Below are positions 56,497 through 64,000 of a stretch of 64,000 nucleotides of DNA, piece after piece. The first letter of the stretch is position 1. Each line of letters begins with the position of its first letter. The notes under the pieces were generated by a model. That model was not told the origin of the DNA, searched no databases, and saw nothing but the letters and a program-made list of their open reading frames with translations. The DNA is from Candidatus Ozemobacteraceae bacterium (GTDB lineage: Bacteria > Muiribacteriota > Ozemobacteria > Ozemobacterales > Ozemobacteraceae): the NCBI GenBank assembly GCA_965140445.1, contig OZ223236.1, forward strand, positions 2,720,001-2,784,000, written 5' to 3'. Position numbers and translations under genes: made by a program.

Positions 56497-57852
56497 ATGG
56501 TTAAAAGGCCAACCGAGGAATCTGTTGCGGCAGATAAAGGTGACATTTCAACCTCCTTTGAAGACGCTCTCATACTTGAAAATTTCGAAATGGCTCAAAG
56601 CCAACTTGAAGAATTTAAGCAAAAGTATGGAGCCTCTGCAACCTATCAACATCGCCTTGCCAAACTTAGATGGAAAGAAGGCAATATACCTAAAGCTTAT
56701 GATATTTTAAAAACCTTGTACTATGAAATGCCTGTATACATGCGCGACCACAATGATTTTTTCAGAATAAAAGAAGAGGCTATTCAGGAAAAATTGAATC
56801 GGGCAAAAGCACAATGGAAACAGATTGTTGTGAAGGCATCCAAGTTCATGGAAGAGAACCCTGAAGAGGAAAAGACTGCGGAAGCTGCAGCACCTTATGT
56901 TAAAAACTTTTGGGCAAAGCATTTTGAAGAAATTGAATCCGTAGCAAATCTTTATCGACTAGTTCTTTCAATTGAGAATTTTGATACCGCGGCTCTGGGT
57001 GGGATGATTCAGTGTTATTCAGAACTGAAGGATAAAGAAAAGGAAAACCTTTATAAAAATCAGCTCAGGGAAGCCAAGACACACTGGAAAAGTCTTATTG
57101 GCAAGAGGAGTGCGGCTGTTGCAATTGCTGCAAATAAACAGATTGAAACAGGCCATTTTGACGGGGCAATTGAAATATTGAATCTTGGACTAGATACGGA
57201 CCCAACAAATCTTGAACTTTTGCTTCTAAAAGCAGAGAATCTTCAAAAAATTAAGCATTTTCAGGATGCCCTCGCATGCGTTTATGTCGCAGTTAAGCTT
57301 AACCCAAAAAACTCCAAAGCCTTAAGGCTAAAAAAATCAATTGAAGCTCAAAAATTTGATTTAAACCTGAAAGAAGGTTTGGATTATCTATTCAGCGCAG
57401 AACAGGAAAGCCCCGGAACACCGCAGCAGTTATCCAAAGTTGAGGCTGCATTAAGTCGATTTTTAGATGCTTTATCATATGATGCCCAAAACCTGTGTGC
57501 TCTGGCTGGAATTTACAGGTGCCACCTTAGAGCTGGAAAGCCACTAAAAGCTCAAAAAACATTGGAAAGAATTAGAACTATTGATTCAAGCTTTGATGTT
57601 TACTCTATTTTTAGAGATAAAAAAGGGAAATCGGACGAAGAAGAAGCCTGCTTTGTTGCTACAAGACTTTTTGGTTCTTCGCACCCAATAACCAACTCAT
57701 TACGAAATTTTCGTGAGACCAGGTTGAGAAAAAATCTACCCGGAAAGATTTTCATTCAATTATATAGGCGAGTAGGCCCATCGTTGGCGAGAATTCCTGG
57801 TCGGAGTCCGTTTTTGCCAGCCGTAAGAGCTATTCTAAGAAAAATAGTATAA
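56497..57852 (+). CDS. TPR protein with C-terminal CFI-box-CTERM-like domain
   Basis: Multiple TPR-like helices; 'CFVATRLFG...LRNFRE..L...GKIFIQLY..VGPSLA'. Confidence 0.75.
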   Translation: MVKRPTEESVAADKGDISTSFEDALILENFEMAQSQLEEFKQKYGASATYQHRLAKLRWKEGNIPKAYDILKTLYYEMPVYMRDHNDFFRIKEEAIQEKLNRAKAQWKQIVVKASKFMEENPEEEKTAEAAAPYVKNFWAKHFEEIESVANLYRLVLSIENFDTAALGGMIQCYSELKDKEKENLYKNQLREAKTHWKSLIGKRSAAVAIAANKQIETGHFDGAIEILNLGLDTDPTNLELLLLKAENLQKIKHFQDALACVYVAVKLNPKNSKALRLKKSIEAQKFDLNLKEGLDYLFSAEQESPGTPQQLSKVEAALSRFLDALSYDAQNLCALAGIYRCHLRAGKPLKAQKTLERIRTIDSSFDVYSIFRDKKGKSDEEEACFVATRLFGSSHPITNSLRNFRETRLRKNLPGKIFIQLYRRVGPSLARIPGRSPFLPAVRAILRKIV

Positions 57853-57857
57853 AAAAA

Positions 57858-57887
57858 ACCTCTTCCAGACGGGTGTCTAAAAGAGGT
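57858..57887. terminator. Terminator between convergent genes
   Basis: ACCTCTT..AGAC/GTCT..AAGAGGT imperfect stem flanked by A- and T-tracts. Confidence 0.5.
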
Positions 57888-57900
57888 CTTAATTTTTTGC

Positions 57901-58791
57901 TTATGACTGACTTCCTGCTGCAAGCCCCAATCTTATGGAATTCATCTTGGTAGCTTTGTCATCCGCTCTGGAAAGCATTATAACAGGGCAAGAAGCACCA
58001 ATTATAAGACCACCAGCTTGTACGTCAGCAAAATACATCAGGGATTTTCCTAGAATATTTCCTGTATCAATGTCTGGAGCTACTAAAATGTCAGCTTTCC
58101 CTACAACTTCATTAAATAAACCTTTGTGGTGAGCTGATTCTAAAGAAATTGCGTTATCAAGGGCAAGTGGGCCTTCCACAATGCAGTCTTTACCAAATTG
58201 TTTTCTTTCACCCATTTTGGAGAGAATAGCTGCGTCGACAGTGCTTTGCATCTTTGGGTTAACCTTTTCAACAGCACTTAATACTGCAACTCTTGGAATT
58301 TCAATTCCAAAAGATTTGGCTAAAGATTTTGCATTATTGATAATTTCAATTTTTTCGTCAAGAGTGGGGTGGGGGATCATTCCGCCATCTGTGAGAAATT
58401 TTAAGCTGTCTTCCCATTCAAAAATTAAAACATGGGACAGAATTTTTCCTTTTTTAATGCCTGTTTCTGAGTTCAATACAGCTTTGAGCAATACAGGAGT
58501 GGAAATATTTCCTTTCATTAAGGCTTTGGCTCTGCCAGATTTGACCAGTTCTACAGATTTGGCAGCAGCATCTTCTGGAGAGTCGGCATGAATATATTCG
58601 GGGGCAAAACCAGGTGCAACTTTTTCTACACAGGCTTTCATTGCCTCAAGATTACCGACCAGTATGCATTCTACAAATCCAAGATTAGTGGCTTCATAGG
58701 CTGATAAAACCGTATCTACATCATCTGGCATACAAATGGCCAGGGGAACTTTATTTGATTTTAGCTTTTTATCTAGTTCTAAAAAATTCAT
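57901..58791 (-). CDS. ptb: Phosphate butyryltransferase
   Basis: LMKG, LSHV, LTDGG, GPLALDNAIS, GNILGK, SRAD; adjacent to buk. Confidence 0.9.
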   Translation of the reverse strand: MNFLELDKKLKSNKVPLAICMPDDVDTVLSAYEATNLGFVECILVGNLEAMKACVEKVAPGFAPEYIHADSPEDAAAKSVELVKSGRAKALMKGNISTPVLLKAVLNSETGIKKGKILSHVLIFEWEDSLKFLTDGGMIPHPTLDEKIEIINNAKSLAKSFGIEIPRVAVLSAVEKVNPKMQSTVDAAILSKMGERKQFGKDCIVEGPLALDNAISLESAHHKGLFNEVVGKADILVAPDIDTGNILGKSLMYFADVQAGGLIIGASCPVIMLSRADDKATKMNSIRLGLAAGSQS

Positions 58792-58808
58792 TCCTTATTC
58801 CTTTTGCC

Positions 58809-59882
58809 TTAATATTTTTTTATTACTGAAGGGTCTTTAAGGGCCTTAACCGCATGCGCAGCCAATGCTTTCAATTCATTCTGGCCAGGCTTAACGACAA
58901 CTGGGGCAATAAATGATACTCTTTCTTTAACCCAACTTACAACATGCTTGTTATTGGCTACACCACCTGTAAGGATGATTCCATCAACCTTGCCCTTTAA
59001 AACTGCTGCCATAGCGCCAATTTCTTTGGAAATCTGATAAGCCATTGCCTCAAGGACCAATTCAGCTTTTTTGTCTCCAGATTCAATCATTTTACTGATT
59101 TCTCGACAATCAGACACTCCCAGGTATGCCAGCAGACCACCTTTTCCTATAAGTTTCTTTTTTAAGGTTTTTTGGTCATATTTTCCGCTGAAGCAAAGTT
59201 TCATCAATCCAGTAATTGGTAAACTCCCGCATCTCTCCGGGGAAAATGGACCACCGTCGTTAGCATTGTTTACATCAATCTGTCTGCCCTTTCTGCTTGC
59301 AGATATTGAAGTTCCGCCACCAAGGTGGGCTACAATATAATTCATATCAGTAGGTTTTTTGCCAGCTTCTTCAGCAACTTCAGCAACCACTGCCTTTGAA
59401 TTTAGAGCATGTCCAAGGGAAAGCCGAGGGATATCAGGACAGCCGCTTATTCTGGCGATATCTTCAAATTCATCAACAGAGACTGGATCTGCAATGAAAG
59501 CTGGAATTGTATTGTTTTCAGCAAATTTGTAGGCGATGAGCCCACCAAGAATGGAAGCGTGGTCAACTAATTTACCGGAATTGAGGTCTTCAATTAAACT
59601 TAAACCGACCTTATAAACACCACCTTCAAGAGGTTTTAAGGGGCCGCCTCGACCTATTACTGCGTCCAGCTTAGAAGGGTCAGTATCCCATTCTTTTAGA
59701 GCTTTCTGAACTGTTTCAAATCTATAATCTAATTGCTGTAAATTCGAGCTGAATTTTTCCAGTTCTGAATTCGGGTGAGTAAGCTCTAGTTCTTTTTGAA
59801 TTTCAGTTCCATGAAATAAAGCTATTTTAGTAGAAGTTGAACCGGGGTTTACTACAAGAATCAACGGACTATCTTTCATCAT
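58809..59882 (-). CDS. buk: Butyrate kinase
   Basis: NPGSTSTK, GRGG, DPVSVDE, HALN, AHLGGG, GPFSPER. Confidence 0.95.
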   Translation of the reverse strand: MMKDSPLILVVNPGSTSTKIALFHGTEIQKELELTHPNSELEKFSSNLQQLDYRFETVQKALKEWDTDPSKLDAVIGRGGPLKPLEGGVYKVGLSLIEDLNSGKLVDHASILGGLIAYKFAENNTIPAFIADPVSVDEFEDIARISGCPDIPRLSLGHALNSKAVVAEVAEEAGKKPTDMNYIVAHLGGGTSISASRKGRQIDVNNANDGGPFSPERCGSLPITGLMKLCFSGKYDQKTLKKKLIGKGGLLAYLGVSDCREISKMIESGDKKAELVLEAMAYQISKEIGAMAAVLKGKVDGIILTGGVANNKHVVSWVKERVSFIAPVVVKPGQNELKALAAHAVKALKDPSVIKKY

Positions 59883-60294
59883 TCTTCCTCAAATTTAATA
59901 TTTTTAACCATTCTAGTTTCTGTGCTGCTATTTTATCAGCTGGACAAAAATCATCCAAAGGAAACTTTTCAGGGTGAAACCATGAAACTTCTTTATTCTC
60001 AGAAATCAGTTGCATAGCTGCTTTTTCAACGGTTGGACAAATCTTGCAAGAAACAAAATGCAGTCTAACCTTTTTATCCGGGTATGAATGCTCTAGCGTC
60101 AAAAGGTTTTCCATTGGTAAAACCTTAATGCTTAGTTCTTCCATTATTTCTCTGATAGATGCTGACAAAGGCGTTTCGCCTGATTCAAGTTTTCCACCAG
60201 GGAATTCCCACAAATCGTGAAGATATCCACCTTTTCTACGTGCTAAAAGAACGTTAGAATCATGAACTATTACTGCTGCGGCTACATCAATCAT
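59869..60294 (-). CDS. mutT: MutT-like Nudix hydrolase
   Basis: WEFPGGKLESGET......REIMEEL Nudix box; HSYPD, PAD. Confidence 0.8.
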   Translation of the reverse strand: MIDVAAAVIVHDSNVLLARRKGGYLHDLWEFPGGKLESGETPLSASIREIMEELSIKVLPMENLLTLEHSYPDKKVRLHFVSCKICPTVEKAAMQLISENKEVSWFHPEKFPLDDFCPADKIAAQKLEWLKILNLRKNDER

Positions 60295-60304
60295 TTTAAT
60301 CCTG

Positions 60305-61477
60305 CTAATCTAGTTTTATTAAGAGACCTTTTAGGTATCTACCTTCTATTTGAGCTAAAGAAATCGGGTGGTCAAGGGCATGAAAAGATTCTTTTACTAT
60401 GGTTGCTCTTCTTCTGGCTTTAAATGCAGCGTCCGCAACCATTTGATAGAAATCTTCACGACTTACCTGGCTACTGCAGGAGGCTGTAAAAATAAATCCA
60501 TGGTGGGCAACTGTTCTCATTCCAGCCACATTCAATTTTAAATATGCCTTTAAGGCTTTATCTACGTCTTTTTTGTTCTTCGCCATAGAAGGTGGGTCAA
60601 GAACCACCAGAGAAAATTTCTTTTTACAGCCTTCAAGAAATTTATACATGTCTTCACATACAAGTTTGTGACTTTCTGCTGACAATCCATTTAATTCCAG
60701 ATTATTGCTCGCTTCATCTAGTGCTGGTTGAGCTATATCAACTGTTACGGATGATCTCGCTCCACCATAGGCAGCAGCAACTGTAAATGCCCCAGTATAT
60801 CCACAAATATTTAAGAAATTTCTATCCTGAGCGATTTGCCTGATTAGATCTCTGTTATCTCGTTGATCCAGAAAAAAACCAGTTTTTTGACCATTCTGTA
60901 AATCTGTAGAGAATTTGATCCCATTTTCCAGAAACACAATTTTTTCTGGCATGTTTTTGCCAAAAATAAGGCCATCCTTACTTGTATTTGCCAGTCGAAT
61001 CTGGTTTCTTCGCCAAATCCATTTTGTATCTGGGAGCTCTTCAAGAAGTGAATCAACAATTGTCTTGAATAAGGGTTCTAAACCTGCTGAATAGGTTTGA
61101 ATTGAAAGTGCGCCTTCATACTTATCAACAATTAATCCTGGTATCCCATCACCCTCGCCGTTGATTACTCTATAGGCGGTAGTCTGGCCATCGGTAAAAC
61201 AAGTCTTTCTGAGCTGAACAGCAGAGGTAATCAAGGTTTTGACACTTTGAAACAAACTGTTTTTCTGTGTTGTTGGGATCATTCTTATCAGGATTTTTGA
61301 ATTAACATCCAGATAACCTTTCCCAAGAAATTTTTCACTTTGGGAGTATAGCTCAACCTGGTCGCCAGTTTTTAAGCCGTTGGTTTTTTCAACTATGGCA
61401 TCGGCGTAAACCCATGGATGACCCCTGAGTAATTGGAATTCTCGTCCTTTTTTTATAGTAAGTTTAATTGGTTTCAT
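60305..61477 (-). CDS. rlmI: RlmI-like class I SAM-dependent rRNA methyltransferase
   Basis: GHPWVY PUA domain, EGDGIPGLIVD, GQKTGFFLDQRDNR, LDPP, SCS. Confidence 0.85.
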   Translation of the reverse strand: MKPIKLTIKKGREFQLLRGHPWVYADAIVEKTNGLKTGDQVELYSQSEKFLGKGYLDVNSKILIRMIPTTQKNSLFQSVKTLITSAVQLRKTCFTDGQTTAYRVINGEGDGIPGLIVDKYEGALSIQTYSAGLEPLFKTIVDSLLEELPDTKWIWRRNQIRLANTSKDGLIFGKNMPEKIVFLENGIKFSTDLQNGQKTGFFLDQRDNRDLIRQIAQDRNFLNICGYTGAFTVAAAYGGARSSVTVDIAQPALDEASNNLELNGLSAESHKLVCEDMYKFLEGCKKKFSLVVLDPPSMAKNKKDVDKALKAYLKLNVAGMRTVAHHGFIFTASCSSQVSREDFYQMVADAAFKARRRATIVKESFHALDHPISLAQIEGRYLKGLLIKLD

Positions 61478-61536
61478 AGCTTTCTCGATTATGCTATCAG
61501 CACAAGTTTATTGAGGCAACTTTTGCTTCGGCTGTA

Positions 61537-63999
61537 TCAATTCCTTTTTAGAATAATTAGTGATATATCGTCTTCTGCTGGTAATCCGTCAGTAGCTTCA
61601 TCAAACAGATCAAAGAGCTTACTAATGCTTTCTTGAGTAGATAAATTTGAAACGCCCTTAAACCATGACATAGCATTGTCAAATCCAAGCACTTCTCCAG
61701 CTCTATTAGTGGCTTCAATCAAGCCGTCCGTGTACATTAAAATACAATCTCCATGTTCCATTGAAATTTTCTGCGATTTGTATTTAGATTTTGCTCTGAT
61801 CCCCAAAGGGAATGAATCCATTTCGATTGAATCCACAGTATCTGAATTTTTATGATACCAGAGAGGGTAATTGTGACCAGCATTTGAATATTCGAGTTCG
61901 TTATTTTCAAGATTCACGCAGTAGAAAAATAAAGTCATCATTTTCTTTCTTTTAATGTTTGAAAGAAGAAACTTGTTAAAGGACATAAGAGTATCGACCA
62001 GATCAATATTGCCGCTGGTAGAACTTGCAAAAGCATGTTTGGCCATTCCCATAATTAGAGCTGCACTTACACCATGACCTGAAACATCACCTACCAGACC
62101 AAACAAGAGGTTCCCATCCTGCAGGAAGTAGTCAAAGTAATCGCCACCAATATCAGTCATTGCTCTACTTTGTCCATATACTTCATAATCACCTGCAATT
62201 AATGGTTCAGGTGGAAACAGGCTTCCCTGAACGATACTGGCAACTTGAAGGTCTTTCATCCCTTCTAATACGCTATTCATTAGTTCGGAAAGTTCACCAA
62301 GTTCATCTTTTGAATGGATCGGGATTTTTAGGTCAAAGTTACGCTTTTCAATCGCTTTAACGCCGGCTGTAATATCCTCAATCGGTTTAAGAAATTGATT
62401 TGAAAGCATGAGTCCAATGTAACCGGAAGTTAGAAAGATCATTGTGGCAAGACCGATTAGATACCACCATTGCCGGGAAATCTCTACTTTAAGTGGACCC
62501 ATAGTAGTTCTGGCAATCAAAATGAAGTCGCTTAAAAAGGCTCCGGGTTTTGCATACCATAGTATTTCTTCGGTACCAGAGCTTACAATTTCTTTTAAAG
62601 ATGAGTTTCGACTAACGCACTTATCTCTTATATTTCTCAGAGTTTCCTCGTTTTCAGGAGTAGTTAGAACTTTTCCTGAAATACGGTTAATTCCGTAGGC
62701 ATTTACAGTCCAATCAATGTCTGGCTGCTTTTGAAGTTCTTTTAGTTTTTTGTTCAAAAAGTGTCTTTCTATTCTGGCTCGGTTTAAAACAAATAGGGTT
62801 ATGTATTTAGCTTTGCCGTCCGGGCCATTAACTACATCGGTAAAAAGATATGAGCCTTCATCTGAAAAGGATAGAACCACAAATGTGCCAAGATCTCTTA
62901 CCAGCATATCAAAATCAAAGCTGCTACTACCCATCATTGAAGCGACAAAATCCTCTGTTGCTTCCATCATCAAGGTTCCTGAATCAACTTTTGTTGACTT
63001 GGAAAGTCTTGCTAGTAACTCCCGCGCTACCAAAAGTACTATTTTTCTATTTTCAAGATAGGCTTTGGATTGAGATTTAACAATTGAAAAAACGGGTTCG
63101 CCTTTAGCATTAACAAGAAGGCCATGCATTATAAGACTCTTTTTTTCATTAGCCCGGAAAAATGCTTTTTCCATTAATACCGGATCTTTCTCTCGTTCAG
63201 TTTCAGCAGTAATTTTTCTGAAATAAGCCTCAAATTGACCAAGATCTTCTGGGAATCTTTCATCAAAATTGGTAAGTTTGCTAACAATTTTTTTCTCAAG
63301 ATTTTGCTGTAAAACTATGGCTCGGTCTTTTAAGGAATAATACCCCCCAACCATTAGGACTAATGATGGGGTACCTATTGCAAATAAAAATAGAAGAACC
63401 AGCCTGGCAGTAATTTTCCCGGAAATTTGTTTGTTGGTTGTTGGAAGATTCTTCAGAACAAGAAGAAGCCACAAAATAGAAATCAGATGTAGTAAGGATT
63501 TAGTGGTGGTGCTGAAAAAAATGGGTTTGGGCGCAATAGTGAAAATAAATTCGTGGGGGCTTCTTTTTTGAAATAGGCCAAACTCCTGATTATTTGAAAA
63601 ACCTTTCTTAAACTCAGAAGATGCTTTTATCAGCTCTGGTCTAAGGGATTGGTTGCTTCCTGGTATAATGGGGATGACATCTTTTTCAGGTTCCAAAAGG
63701 TTAATATAACCTGCGGAAAGGGAATTAAATCTTTTGTTAACCCATTTTAGGCTATTTTCCAGAGCGTGATTTTCGTGAAAACTCTCAGGATGAAGTAAAG
63801 CAAAGTAACCTGCAGGGGAAACATTATTTTCTGGTTTATCCTCTTCTCTTTCCCAGGTCAGGTAGGAGTCTCTTTTTCTATTACCTAATTTTATAACTTT
63901 TCCACGGGCTTTTAGGGTTCGGGGAAGCTCTTCAAGACCAATAATTGATTTTAATATGCCGGTTTTCCCGCTTGAGAACTTCTTTCCTTTGGAAAAATT
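61537..63999 (-). CDS. Large membrane HAMP + SpoIIE/PP2C phosphatase domain protein (5' end beyond the window)
   Basis: HAMP 'PI..I..G...I......DELGEL', GGDYFD, GDVSGHG, NAGH, YTDG, DDIS; I read the frame as open from 63696 to the window edge. Confidence 0.88.
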   Translation of the reverse strand, partial: NFSKGKKFSSGKTGILKSIIGLEELPRTLKARGKVIKLGNRKRDSYLTWEREEDKPENNVSPAGYFALLHPESFHENHALENSLKWVNKRFNSLSAGYINLLEPEKDVIPIIPGSNQSLRPELIKASSEFKKGFSNNQEFGLFQKRSPHEFIFTIAPKPIFFSTTTKSLLHLISILWLLLVLKNLPTTNKQISGKITARLVLLFLFAIGTPSLVLMVGGYYSLKDRAIVLQQNLEKKIVSKLTNFDERFPEDLGQFEAYFRKITAETEREKDPVLMEKAFFRANEKKSLIMHGLLVNAKGEPVFSIVKSQSKAYLENRKIVLLVARELLARLSKSTKVDSGTLMMEATEDFVASMMGSSSFDFDMLVRDLGTFVVLSFSDEGSYLFTDVVNGPDGKAKYITLFVLNRARIERHFLNKKLKELQKQPDIDWTVNAYGINRISGKVLTTPENEETLRNIRDKCVSRNSSLKEIVSSGTEEILWYAKPGAFLSDFILIARTTMGPLKVEISRQWWYLIGLATMIFLTSGYIGLMLSNQFLKPIEDITAGVKAIEKRNFDLKIPIHSKDELGELSELMNSVLEGMKDLQVASIVQGSLFPPEPLIAGDYEVYGQSRAMTDIGGDYFDYFLQDGNLLFGLVGDVSGHGVSAALIMGMAKHAFASSTSGNIDLVDTLMSFNKFLLSNIKRKKMMTLFFYCVNLENNELEYSNAGHNYPLWYHKNSDTVDSIEMDSFPLGIRAKSKYKSQKISMEHGDCILMYTDGLIEATNRAGEVLGFDNAMSWFKGVSNLSTQESISKLFDLFDEATDGLPAEDDISLIILKRN

Positions 64000-64000
64000 A

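Noticed and set aside
1..64000. CRISPR arrays, tRNA/rRNA genes, IS elements, prophage or known defence systems
   Set aside because: By eye I found no spaced direct repeats, RNA-gene signatures, transposase/integrase motifs or nuclease clusters

Overview
Low-GC bacterial chromosomal window with dense coding. I saw no rRNA, tRNA, CRISPR array or mobile element. The protein repertoire (oversized N-methyl pilins, a C-terminal 'CxxHG' pilin-like domain, a large HAMP-SpoIIE membrane protein) suggests Candidatus Riflebacteria or a relative, but that is inference only. Main blocks: (i) a REC/PEP-pyruvate-binding-domain protein near gdhA; (ii) one CIRCE-headed heat-shock cluster, groES-groEL-groES-groEL-hrcA-grpE-dnaK-dnaJ, whose DnaK carries archaeal-type signatures; (iii) a putative surface-appendage region with a TPR membrane protein, three large minor-pilin-like genes and a large FN3/Ig lipoprotein with a frameshift-split metallopeptidase domain, followed by a coiled-coil protein with a GrpE-like head, an ABC-2 exporter, and a two-gene Tad module made of a TadZ-TadA fusion and a TadB-TadC fusion; (iv) housekeeping and envelope genes (SLH protein, PrsW-like, M16 and M48 peptidases, murC, comM, buk-ptb, mutT, rlmI) plus a cNMP-binding/ParA-like protein. 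Two single-A frameshifts (AAAA read as AAA) and one TGG-to-TGA stop suggest some sequence error or recent gene decay. Two unannotated small membrane ORFs were also found.
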